Shown here piece by piece: positions 12,101-23,329 of a DNA stretch of 64,000 nucleotides; the stretch's first letter is position 1; each line of letters begins with the position of its first letter. The position numbers were made by a program, and so were the translations under genes. The DNA lies in assembly GCF_000315625.1 (NCBI RefSeq), contig NW_005434567.1:1-64000 (forward strand). The letters run 5' to 3'. Origin of the DNA: Guillardia theta CCMP2712. Its lineage: Eukaryota; Protista; Cryptophyta. Below the pieces are notes generated by a model. The model worked only from the letters and a program-made list of their open reading frames with translations. It did not search any database and had not been told where the DNA came from.

Positions 12101-12579
12101 CATAGTGTACGAGGGGGAGGCGATAGCGACGAAGAGCGCGGAGGGAGCGGTGAAGGAGGTGATGAAGTACATGAAGGGGGACTACTTCGGAGAGCTGGCG
12201 CTACTGAAGCATGCGCCGCGAGCGGCGAACGTGGTAGCGAAGGGCAGGTGCACCGTTGTGACCATCAACCGCCACAGTTTCACCAGGTATGGGGAGGCAA
12301 GGAAACAGAGAGGAGGAGAGAGGAGGAAGCTTGTGTTGATGGAGAGGGGAGGAGTGTGGAAGGGTTGTAGTTGGAGATGATGAGAATTTCTGGATGGAAT
12401 GGTTTGAGATGAGTTGGGGAAATGGTGGAGTGGGCGGAGGGAGGAGGGAGGGGGATGGGTGTGAGGAGAGGGGGAGGGGAAGTGAAGGACGGACAAGTCT
12501 CCTTGATGCCCGAGCTGATGACATGCGATGCAGACTGTTGGGTTCCTGCTCGGAGCTGCAGCAGCGACACTACGCATGA
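9111..12579 (+). CDS. cAMP-dependent protein kinase regulatory subunit-like protein with three tandem R units (6 cNMP-binding domains)
   Basis: Six phosphate-binding cassettes: GELALLYNAPRAATV, GELALIRNEPRAANV, then GELALMYNCPRLATV and GELALLKHAPRAANV twice. Three inhibitor sites RRGAVS / RRKAVS / RRGAVS. Introns 9438-9501, 9629-9697, 9845-9898, 12287-12533. True 5' start uncertain (may lie near 8800). Confidence 0.9.
10691..12261 (+). repeat. Near-identical internal direct repeat in the PKA-R gene (10691-11352 vs 11600-12261, offset 909 bp)
   Basis: Identical apart from a few synonymous C/T changes and one divergent patch (KEFDSCA vs RQDEETS). Confidence 0.95.
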
Positions 12580-12948
12580 GGTTCAGCAGATGGCTGGCAT
12601 TCAATCGCAAAGCTTGTTGAAGTCAACGCTGCACTGATGTGCAGGTGAGGTCTATCAGTCTCAAGATCCCAGCCTTCCCGCGGCTGACGAGCTATGGGGG
12701 GAGGGGAGGAGGAGGAGGAGAGCTGCTGGATGCGACCGGGGCGCGCATCTTGGATGTGTGTTGATGTTCTAGTCAGTGAAGAACCTTCTCCTGTCGTTCC
12801 TGCGCCGCTCGTTGGGTGTCGACATGCACCACTTGATCCTGCCTCCTTCACAAGACGCGCCAGAGGTGCAGAGAGGAGCAGCAGCAAGGCAGGGGGAAGG
12901 GGAGGAGGACACTGGAGGAAACAGTGGGGAGGACCTCCGTCGCGCCGC

Positions 12949-14419
12949 TCACGACACGACACCATGGTGGTCGTCAGCAGGCAAGAGGACACGGTCGACA
13001 AACCTCTTCATCGTCTCGTAGTATCCCCGAGACAGGCAGGTGCTGTTGTGCTTGCCCTGCACGCCCATCACACTAGGAGGAGGTCAAAGGACCTCAGGGT
13101 CTCACCTTGGGGAACGCCGCGAGCTCTCGCCCCTCGGACTGGACGGCCGCCTTGTACAGCGCCGTCATCATCCAAGGAGGAACGATCTCGTCCGCTCGTC
13201 CTGACAGGAACAGCATCGGCCGGCTGATCTTGGGGATGACCTGCATCGAGTCCCACTTGTTGCGCATCGCCCGGATCATGTACTTACTGTACGCTGGAGA
13301 CAAGTGCTTGACCAGATCATCGATGCTAGTGAAAGTGTTCTCCACTATGATCGCTCTTATCTGATCCTCCCTCCTCGCAGCCAGCTCCAGCGCCACCGCC
13401 CCCCCCAGGGACCGACCGAATAGGAAAATCTGGCTTGGATCCACAACGTCTCGCCGCAGGAGCAGGTAGTCCAGCGCCGCCTCCGCGTCCATGATCAGCC
13501 CCCGCTGGCTCGGCGTCCCCTCGGACATGCCGTACCCGCGGTAGTCGACCAGCATGATGTTGGCCTTGACCTTCTGGAACATCCCGAGTGCGTCGTAGAG
13601 CATGTGCGACACGTTGCAGGCGTTGCCGTGGAAGTGAATGATGGTGGGCGAGCTTTTCGCATCCTTCCTCTTGATCAGCCACCCGTGGACGACCTTCTTG
13701 TCCTTGGTCGTAATCTCCACGTCTTCGTAGTTGGGCATGTAGAAGTCTCTTGGCGTCTTGGTCAGGACGCGGCTGGTCGGCGACGCATACAGCACCTTCC
13801 CCTCGAACATGGACGTGAGCATGGAGAGAAAAGAGTGGCGCATGGAGGTGTAGATAGGCGAGTTGTGCGCTGATGGTATGTGGACAGCGGAGCTGGAGCC
13901 CGTGCCCTCTACCTCTGTATCCTTCAAGTGCTGGTCGACGCAATTCCAGTATAGGCTGGCAAATGCCATCTTAGCTAGAAGCCTTCCCACTGACCTGTTC
14001 TGTCCTAGTACCCTGCTGCAAACGAGCCGTCAGACAGAATATGTGGCAGTCCGAGCTCTGAGCAAAGATGTCCCTCCCTCCCTCCCTCTCCCATTCTCTC
14101 TCTCTCCCTCCCTCCCTCCCCTCCCCTCCCCTCCCTCTCCCATTCTCTCTCTCTCCCTCCTTGTAGGGCGGATGCATCCGATGGGGTTGAACGCGCAACA
14201 TCTGCTGCTGCTCGTCCAGTACATGTGTCAGATCCCGGGGAACTCCATAAGTTAATATGAAGCGACCGAACGGCTTGTGTTCGCTTTGCTTGCAGAGATC
14301 TTTGCCAAGTGGTGCAAATGGATGATGGTGACGGGACTGAGTTTGGCTGTCAGATCCTTGAAATTTGTTTGCACCAAAGAATTGTTGAATTTTCTTGGTC
14401 CTATATGACGAGGATCCAT
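12949..14419 (-). CDS. ABHD13-like alpha/beta hydrolase, multi-exon
   Basis: IIHFHGNACN, VDYRGYGMSEGTPSQRGL, nucleophile elbow GRSLGG, VENTFTSI, catalytic Asp in DEIVP, His in GKHN of the last exon. 5' exons approximate. Confidence 0.88.
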
Positions 14420-14630
14420 GGGTGTTGCGCGAAGAAAGCTGGTTGAGTTTGCTTGTCGTGGGGGAGCTTGTTCTGATCTCGAGCGATCAGCTTCCTATCG
14501 GAATTGATCTTCTTCAAAAGACTGTCCAAAAATCCGATTGTATCGAATGATTTCAATGGATTGCCTTTCTCTTGTTCTTGAATCAATAGTGCGCAAAGGT
14601 CGACCAGATTTGATCAAAAACCCCGATCAC

Positions 14631-14730
14631 NNNNNNNNNNNNNNNNNNNNNNNNNNNNNNNNNNNNNNNNNNNNNNNNNNNNNNNNNNNNNNNNNNNNNN
14701 NNNNNNNNNNNNNNNNNNNNNNNNNNNNNN
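14631..14730. other. Assembly gap (others at 26280-27244, 28330-28609, 32172-32644, 54063-54162)
   Basis: N runs. Confidence 1.
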
Positions 14731-15240
14731 GCGCCCGCGCCGCCAGACGCCGCGGTATTATCAGCCAGCGCCGCGTCCGGGCGCGCCCGCGGCCCCGCGG
14801 CGCCGGCCGCGGCCCGGGGCCGGGCCCGGGCCGCCGGGGGCGGTACCCGGCCGTCCGAGGCTCTCAGTGACTAGTCACCGTACCGTACGGCAACTTTCAC
14901 TGAGTTTCGGCGCCGGCCGACTCTAGTAGACCGGCGTACGGTGACTGTCTTCAAGTAGTGCTCCGAACGTTTTAAGTCAAGTTAAAGGTCCGATCACGGT
15001 ACGAGGACCCAGTGGCAATCAGGAGAGGCGGCGAGCCTGGGAGGCTCCGACACAGTGATCGGACGCCGACTCACAGAAGCTGAGTCGACTCAACGGTCTC
15101 GGCGAGCCTCTCAGAGTCTCGGAGCACAGCCCGGCTCAGCTGTGGCACTCGGCGGCGCGCCGCACTGCCACACTGACATGCCGCGGCGGGCAGGGCCGCC
15201 CCGCCGGGCTGGAGACGGGGGCCGCACCGTACCGTCGTAG
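14731..15240. other. GC-rich palindromic-word island containing a degenerate minus-strand copy of the dispersed repeat (about 14970-15046)
   Basis: CCGG/GGCC/CCGTACGG/GACTC words; the reverse complement reads AGCCTCCCAGGCTC..CTCTCCTGATTG..TCCTCGTAC..TGAT..TTTAACTTGACTT. Confidence 0.75.
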
Positions 15241-15248
15241 TACTGCCT

Positions 15249-15286
15249 TTGTCCTCGTACTGATTTTTAACTTAACTTTGAGTAAA
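15249..15286 (+). repeat. Dispersed repeat core, copy B
   Basis: TTGTCCTCGTACTGATTTTTAACTTAACTTTGAGTAAA. Confidence 0.9.
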
Positions 15287-15526
15287 AAGTTCAAACTGCC
15301 GTAACGGATGTTAGTAATGCTCCTCATCATTGATCTGGATTCCGCCGGGCGGGCAGTGACTGTCCGATTAAACTGGCAAGTGATTTGAGTGCTTGCGACT
15401 TTGATCTGTTGTGATTTACTTGTGACTTGAAACAAACTGCGGCTCTGTACTGGGATCGTCTGTAAATAAACCTTACAACACCACCTTCAATCTGTCCAAC
15501 CCGCCGCACTGACGCATCGAAGGAAA

Positions 15527-16050
15527 CTATCCCCTATTCTCGATATGGTCGAAAGCATCTTTGAACAACTGTCCCATCTCCATGCTCCATTGCCCAAGTG
15601 CCTCTTCGTGTACCCAGGAGCTCGATGTGACTTCCTTCGTGTCGTCAAGCATCACATCACTCACATCACTTTGTAGCTGGTTTTGTGTGCGAGCATTCTT
15701 CTTCGCTTGCGATCGAGCAAGGGCAACGACTACCTCTTCCCTCCCTGTCCCAACCCTTGGTCTCAGGCGCGAGTAAGGCCACTTTTGGATGCCCAGTCGC
15801 CGGCAGACGTGCTTCATCGTCGTGATAGAGAAGCCCTGAGACGAGATGTTAGAAGAGAGGAGGAGAAACCGACGACGCCGCGTCGGCGATCTCGACAACG
15901 TACCAGCAAGTCAGCAGCTTCCTGTTGTCGCATGACGAACAGGCTCTGGATGAAATCGACCGTGAGTTCTGAAGTTTTCTTTCTTCTGTTGCTTTTCATT
16001 GTCGCGGTATCTTGGAGGTAGGGCGGACTAGTACTGGCGGCGCTATCCAT
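15527..16050 (-). CDS. RWP-RK domain transcription factor, 2 exons
   Basis: Splicing out intron 15836-15903 gives LTVDFIQSLFVMRQQEAADLL|GFSITTMKHVCRRLGIQKWPYSR, a typical RWP-RK domain. Confidence 0.9.
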
Positions 16051-16519
16051 GACTAGATCTGGCTCGCTGCAGAGAACGTATCTGAATTGACCGATCGTGC
16101 AATCCAAGAATACTTGGGGGGGTACACTAGGAAAGCGAGGGAGAATGAAGTAGGTATTGCGTTACAAAGACAAGGAGGGAAGGAAAGAGCAAGATTGCAC
16201 GGAGGGGTGCTTCAGGACCGAACTTTCAACTTCACGCGCCAGCGGGAGAAAGTACAGGCGAGAAGAGGGCAGCGGCTGAACTCACGAAGAGCAGTCAAGT
16301 CGCAAGAAGGGCAAGCAGCGCAAGAGGGAGGAGAGCGGAGGGAGCGGAGGGAGCGGAGGGAGCGGAGGGAGCGGAGGGAGCGGAGAAGGGTGGGGGGGGT
16401 GCGGAAGGACACGGGGCGGGGAGATGCGGAGTGTGTAGTAAAGTTGGTAGCTTGTGGTCGTCGTAAAAGCCTGGAAAAGGCATTTTGATTATCGAAAAGA
16501 CTTCTTTTCAAGAAGTCAA

Positions 16520-16880
16520 CCGATCGATTGGAGTAAAAATGTCTGACTAGAGGTGGGCATCCCCAGGGGGCGGTGGGGGTTATTCGGAACAATGAACCAT
16601 GGTGTAGGTACACGACAACCAGCCGGATACAGGGGTGGTGTCGATGCTCCAGGGGTCAGATAACCAGCTCGGATGATGACCAACCAAATAGGTGGTAGCA
16701 TATCGGTCAGTTGGGGTGGGGTGGTGGTAGGGGTATGCTTTTCAGGAGATGTAAGGGGTAGTGACCACGGGGGGTGTGCCGGTTGAGATGAGCAACTAGT
16801 ACATTCAGTAGGGTTGTGACCCTCTGCGTAGTGTACATACGGTTCCTAGGACCTACTGAGGACACGTTGCCCTCGGAGGA
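16520..16880. other. GGGT-rich tract
   Basis: Dense GGGT/GGGGTGG/GGTAG words. Confidence 0.6.
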
Positions 16881-17029
16881 GCAAAATAAAAATTTGGAAA
16901 AGCGGAAACTAAAAAAAAAAGAATAAAAAAAAAGGGAAGAGAACAACCAAGTATGCAGATTCGTTAGTTAGCACATAGAACGTGCGCGCGCGCGGGAGGG
17001 GAGGGAGGATAAAAGGAGAGAGGGAGGGA

Positions 17030-17890
17030 GAGGAGTAGCAGAAATATCGCCCTGGCTGAAGGAGGGTCATTTGAAGGAGGGAAGGACGGAGAGGATGAGG
17101 GCGGTCGAGCATGGTTGTTTGGTATGGAAGTGGAGGCCGGGGCTGGAAGTTAGACCCGTGCTGCATGTTGGAGGGCAGATGAAGGGAAGAGCCGGAGACT
17201 TTCATGAGACTTTCATGCAGATTCAGATAAGATGAGCATGGTTGAGTGACGAGGAACTGAGAGGAGGAGAATGAGGAGCTAGTTGATGGTTGCCTGTTGA
17301 GAGCTGAAAGAGTCGCTGCCACCATTTGCTCTCAATTTCTCGCGTCGAATGATGCAGGAAAACTTTCCTTGGTCGCAATAGATGTCGCTGCTGAGGGATC
17401 GAATTTTTTCGAATGCTTGCTGCTCGGTTCATGACGTGCAAGTGGACTACGAATACCTTTTGCTAAGAAACGCCGATGTCGTCTCCACTGACGAGGGTGT
17501 GTGGTTAATGCTGCCATAAGCATTGTGATCTAGCAGTAAAAGTAGAGGAACTTCGAGCCGAGATTGACTTGTTCCATTTGCTGCTCAACTTTGGCATTTT
17601 GACCAACAGTGTACAAGAGATCATGTTCAAGAGGTCTGTCTGTGCAGGGCTAGCGGAATATGAGATGTAGGTGCTGAACTGACGCAGCAAACACGCAGGC
17701 AGCTGCTTCCATCTTGTCAAAGGACTTCTGGTTACTGTCAATTACCTTTGATCAGCATTATCTAGGCTCAGATCAGTTCTTGAATAATGTCATTGATGCC
17801 TACGAGTGTACGAGAGCAAACTCAGTGTTGTGTACTCCTTGCTGCTCTATAGTTCTCTCGCACCATAAGCTCGTTTGTATCTCCCATGGA
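17030..17890 (-). CDS. Possible multi-exon hypothetical protein
   Basis: Protein-like open segments (RPLEHDLLYTVGQNAKVEQQMEQ; QAFEKIRSLSSDIYCDQGKFSCIIRREKLR) next to plausible splice sites; no family recognised, full model not resolved. Confidence 0.35.
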
Positions 17891-18041
17891 GCGCTCTTTC
17901 GTTTGTCAGGGCCACAATGTCGCAATGGTCAAGTCACTCTTGAAATTGCGTGCCTGCCCTTCAGACGTTGTGAGTTGCAGGGTGTCAACACGCGAACCGA
18001 AGTCCACCTCACGTGAGTTTCAGGAGGTCAAGTGGCAGTAG

Positions 18042-18042
<1 letters not shown>

Positions 18043-18100
<58 letters not shown>
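18043..18100. repeat. (GCCT)n microsatellite
   Basis: Tandem GCCT. Confidence 0.95.
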
Positions 18101-19270
18101 CCAAGCTGCCTCCCAGTGCCTGCAGTGCTTCCCCCGGGAGTCCCGGCTGCCTGCAGTGCCGCAGTTGCCTGCCTGCCCGGCAGTCACTGTGAGCCTGTGC
18201 CTGGCCAGTTAGGTACTGACGGTGTAAACTTGCAGAACCGTTTTCAAGTTTGCGGCACTGTGTGCACAACGGTCACCGGCAGCCGCCGCCCGAGTGACGG
18301 CCCGTGCCGCGAAGTAGTACTTATCATTCTAGTCAGGCTCCGAGTTACTTTCAGCCTCTGCGACTGAATCAAGCCGCCAGTTCACGGTGGCCGTGTTGCC
18401 AACATCAACTTCCCGGTCCCCGGTGCCAGTGACTTCCGAGTTCGGAAATCTGCCGCTGGCGGCCGCCGCCGGGCCCACTGAGCCCGGCCGCCGCCCGGTC
18501 ACACGGTGGCCCGGCCTGGGTTGCCGTTCCGGCTTTTTGTCCGATCAGCGCCCGGGCCGGGCCGCGTGCGGGGCCGCGGGTGCCCGGCCGGCCACGCCGC
18601 GGCGGCGGGCCACGGCGTGACCGGCGTCACGCCGGCGTCTGACTCTGTGAGTGAAGTAAGAGTCACGGCCGCGCCTGAGTCGGCCCGTTGGTGACGGCGT
18701 CCGAGGCCGCTGCCCGCCCCGGGCCCCGGCCGCGAGAGTACGGTAACTTCTCAGTTACTGAGAAGTTGAGTAACTTCTCAGTTACTCAAAGTTAAGTTAA
18801 AAATCAGTACGAGGCCCAAACTGGGAGGAGGCCGCAAGTTGACTCAGTGACCCGGCTCAGCCGCCACTGCCGTATGGGCTGACCGGCGTCAACCGTGCCA
18901 ACTTGCCTTCCGAACTGTCGCACTCTCCGAGTCGCTGTCTTTTCTCTTCCGACTGAAGGCTCGCCCGGCCGTTTGGCCCGCCTGTGCGACAGTGTCAGGG
19001 TCAAGCCTCCTTCGGACTCTCCGAGTCCGGGACTCCCGGACTCAGTCCCGGACTTCAGGGCCTGATTGTCCTCCGACTCGCCGTAGTACTGATTTTTAAC
19101 TTAACTTTGAGTAAAGGTCGCACTCAGCCGGCCAAACGGCGAGTACCGTCAGTAGTACAGTGCGGACTCCCCGGATCAGTGGCGGGCATCGGAGTGGGCC
19201 GCTGAGCCCGGGCCGGGCCCTCAGGCTCTGGCACTCAGTGCACGGTGACCGGACCGTGCTGGCCTGCGAT
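18100..19270. other. GC-rich palindromic-word island with repeat copies C (18782-18814, minus) and D (about 18932-19115, plus)
   Basis: TTACTCAAAGTTAAGTTAAAAATCAGTAC at 18782 is the exact reverse complement of GTACTGATTTTTAACTTAACTTTGAGTAA at 19086. Confidence 0.85.
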
Positions 19271-19592
19271 AATCCGGCAACAATCATTTACATCATTTTT
19301 GTCCCTAACAGGATCGTTTCCTACGGTTTCCCCTGGCAGCGGTACCTAACGGCTCCCGCATGCTGAGAGGAGGAGCGGGAGACTGGACGGAGGAGGAGAA
19401 GAGAGGATCAGAGATGTCGTCCTGACGCCCTCAGACCTTCATCAGGCTCATCACATTCGGGCTGCTTGCTGGGATACTCTCATATCTTCATCCTTTTCCT
19501 TACCAAGACATATCGTCCTCCGCTCCTTTGGTTTAGACGGAGAGTTGCAGTTCAGCGTACGAGACACACCTGGCCGAGATCTGAAGCCGGCC

Positions 19593-21131
19593 ATGCCGAG
19601 TTCCATGCTGATGCGCTACCGCCCACCTCTGACTGGGCTTGAGTCCCACCTATCAGGGTTGGACGTGCTCAGGTGAAATGCGAACTTTGCTCAACAGGAA
19701 AACCTGACGATGCATCGGTGGTCAGGAAGAAAGATTTTGATCACAAGACAGAGCTGCACAAGAGCAGGTTGAAGAACATGAAGCCAATGATTGATAACAA
19801 ACCCCCGGCGACGACAAACATGAAGCATTTGCAGTTCAACCGGAAAAAGCGAGAGATGGACTTCCAGCGGTACAGCGCGATCGAGAAGGAGAACTTCCGT
19901 CTCCTCGACAAGATGAGCAGAATCATGGTCAGGAATGCAGCAGATTCCGTCTTTGGAGAGCACACAAATCTAAACTGCCCTGCGCTGGACGGTGAACGTG
20001 CCAGGAAGAGAAGGAATGACAAGCTCATCGAGCAGAATCAGCTGATTGGACGGAGATTGCGGGAAGCAAAGCCATATTACAGCTTGGCAGAATGGGATAA
20101 ACACACAAACAGGACACACAGTCTCATGTCTCACATCTGTAAATACCCCAACCAGGTGAGCAGGATGCAAGAAATAGTTTTCCCTTCACCTTACGACGTT
20201 TAAGGTCTTCCCCGCTCGTGACTCCTTCCACTCCTTAACCGCCAAAGATTCACATGACGAGCTCGACGTAGGGAAAGAAAGCCTTCGAAGTCGTGTCTCT
20301 GGTGAGACTTTCGTTGCACTCCCTCCTTCCTTTCCACTCCCTCCCACTGCATTGTCGTTGTTGCCTCTTCGACCGTCTTAGTCTCGCCCTCCTTCCTCCC
20401 TTCCCTCCTTCCTCCCCTCCCTCCTTCTACCGCCGTCCTGCCATGCTCTTTCACTCACTGACAGCATGGTGCAGAAATGTCATCCGGGAGCGGGCACACC
20501 AAAGTTCTGCGGTGAAGCTTCAGCACATCAGCCGCCGTCTGAACGCCTCACTTGCTTGTGCAGGAGGAGGCCACTACCTTCGCTCAACTCACACAAAGGC
20601 CCAAGGTCTGCTCGGTCGCCTCATCTTCCTCCCTGCCATACTGAGAGTGGGATAGGAACAGGAATGGAGCAGAATCGGCACCGCCGATCCTGGATGGAGG
20701 TTGAACCCATCGACCTTTCCTTCCGATTTCTTGCTCCCCCCTCCCGCTCCCGCGCCCCGCATTGTTCAGTATCGTCTTCTCCTCCACGACCTGACTCGCT
20801 GTGTGATGTAGACGCCGACAAACTGAACGACCTGCATGAATCTGCAGCTGCCAACGCCAAGGTGCCGTCTTCTTCATGTCACAGAGTAAGTGCTCGGTTG
20901 ACGCCACAAGTCCAGGGTGAAGAAGGGAGGGAGTCTCAAAGAGAAAAGGAGCGGTCAGCAACTACGGGGGACGTTGACCTGAGTGCGATGGATCAGAGCA
21001 GGGAAAGTGCGTCGTACTCGTTCGAATTCGAGGTGAAGAGTGATCTCACTGCCTGCGGCACCATCGCCGACTCTTCAAAGAGTACGTTCTCACCGTTCAA
21101 TGAGCAGGGGGACTCGAAGATCGAAGACTAG
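19593..21131 (+). CDS. CFAP97/KIAA1430 (Hemingway) domain flagellar protein, multi-exon
   Basis: HKSRLKNMKPMIDNKPP, IEKENFRLLDKMSRI, KLIEQNQLIGRRLREAKPYYS..EW fit the family pattern. 3' exons approximate. Confidence 0.75.
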
Positions 21132-21209
21132 AGTTGGTTGGTGCTGGTGGCACACGGAGCGCGGCACTGGTTGGATCAGGATGATGTACTGTAGAACTCA
21201 ACTAAAACA

Positions 21210-21720
21210 CGGACCGTCCGGTAAGACTTTTCAATCCGACCCGGTCACGTCGGCCAAGCCGGGACTCCGCCGACTCGCCGAGTCGGGACTCATGATGATG
21301 ACGGAGTCACGGGCCGGTCACCGTACGGTGACGTGCCACCCGGTGACCGGGTGCGGGCCAGGGCCCGGCCGGGCCACCGCGGCACTGCGGCATTCAACTG
21401 AAAAAGTGATTGACCGACGGCGTGATCCGGCGGCCCGGCGCCGCTCTGCCAAGTTATCTGAGGCTTGAATCACACTGTTGACGGAGCCTGAGTACGGTCC
21501 GACGGTCGCCGGACGGTCCGATGGCGGCCCACGGCGGGCTGCCGCGACCGGGCATCCGATGATCGGAGCGGCCGCCCGGCCGCCGGTCAGCTGCCGCGGC
21601 GACTGCCGCGCCAAGCCTGACGTGATCGGCGTAGGCTGGGCTAGTCGGCTGGCGCGGGCCCCGGCGTCACATTGAAACTAAGTTGACACGCCCGGCCGGC
21701 CGCGCGGCCCCGGCCCGTTC
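21210..21720. other. GC-rich palindromic-word island followed by an ACCC tract (about 21790-22520)
   Basis: Same vocabulary as the other islands (CCGTACGG, GTCAC, GACTC, CCGG). Confidence 0.7.
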
Positions 21721-23329
21721 CAGTGATCAAATGTTCTGTGTACAGAACATTTCTTTTCGTTTCTCTGCTGTGGGGTGGTGGGGTCAGTATCCCAAGTACC
21801 CCTAGTGTTAGGACCCCTGGTGTTAGGACTTTTGATTGTAACCCTACCTGTACCATTCAAATTGATCACCCTACCCCTTGAAAATTATTCCTGTTTCCTC
21901 CACCCCCTTCAACACTATCACAGTACCCCCCATTTTTCCGGTTGATGTAGCCAGGTATATGCAATGTACCTAGATTATCGATGGACCCACCCTCGTGTAC
22001 ATGTGTAAATTGCAAACCCTACCCCATAGTTCCCAAGGGTACCCTGAAAACTTTACCACCCACCCGTACAATTTCCTTGTGTTTCCACGGAGGACCCTAC
22101 CCTACCCTCAGTCTAGTACAAGTACCCTACCACTGGACTCCAGTTCTCGATGTCTTAAAACACGGTGTTGCACCCCTGGTACCCACCTTCAATCCTGTGA
22201 CTGACTCATGTACCCGTACCTTTATGTACCCCTACCCCCAGACTTTGTTGATGACCCTGGAAAGTTACTCAACGCACCCTCAAGTCTGTTTGATTTCTAA
22301 TATTGGAAATTGGAATGAAAATACAGTCAGAAGTTCAACTTGAAAGGGGTATTTTTACCAGAATATTTTGAAAGTTCAGACCATTTTGAGCAGACCATTT
22401 TTTTGATTTGAAATCACGGGTAGGGTAGTCTAATTGCAACGAGGTACCTCTAAATTGAAATCTGTACCCCATTTCCATACTACCCTACCCCACCGAATCA
22501 CTACCCCACCTGCATTTCCGTGCTGATTCTATGCCCCACACAAGCGCCATGCATGGGAGAGGGCAACAGAGCTGGGGAGAGGAGGAAGAAGAGGACCGAA
22601 GAGAATGGCATGAGCGAATCAGGACACATCATGCGCAGGGAGTGGGTGCAGAGCTAAAACCGATGGGAGAAGACGGGATACAGAGAAGAGCGGGGAGATG
22701 ATAGTTCGAGTCAGGACTCCCAACTGAATGAAAGGGAAGCAGGTGTATTCCTGACAGAGGGAGGGAAGAGCAAACTTGAAGGAGAGGAGAGGGAAAAGAA
22801 AATGCGAACGTTGAACAATACACAGAAGAGATGAGTGAGTTGGATGTATTTGCGACGCCCTCGTTGCAGTGGGTTGCAGCTGCGACTTATCAGGTCGTCG
22901 TGGGTAATTGGGAGCAAAACCGCTGGCTGCTGATATGAATATCTCTGATTAGTGTCCTGCAGCCTGCTGCGCAAGAGTAGAAACCTTTATGGTAAAAGAA
23001 CAGGTTATTGCTGTAGAAGTTTGTTGTCAGAAGAAAAATCCGTTCTTTTCAAGCCCCCTTTGATTCTGCTAGGAGCGAAAGAGCTTTCGCTACAGGATTA
23101 TTGAGAGCAAGAGCAGTTCTCTGATTGGATCCTTGTCTAGTGATATTGATATTTTGGTTCACGAGAGCGTGGTACTAGAACTGCATGCTTGAAATTTTAC
23201 TTTCGTGATTTTTCCTTGCATTTCTCGATTTTTCGAGATTATGTTGGCCACCTCCTGACCTATCCTACTGCAGATGGATTTGTTCCTAGCGAAGGGGTTG
23301 TAGCGAATCCGAACAAACACCTAACACGA

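Noticed and set aside
16433-16444. 12-mer ACTTTACTACAC shared by the RWP-RK upstream region and the family B spacer (44889)
   Set aside because: Many chance 12-mer matches are expected in 64 kb, and there is no further support.
21790-22520. ACCC tracts as interstitial telomeric repeats
   Set aside because: No tandem TTAGGG or TTTAGGG units; the words are dispersed and irregular.
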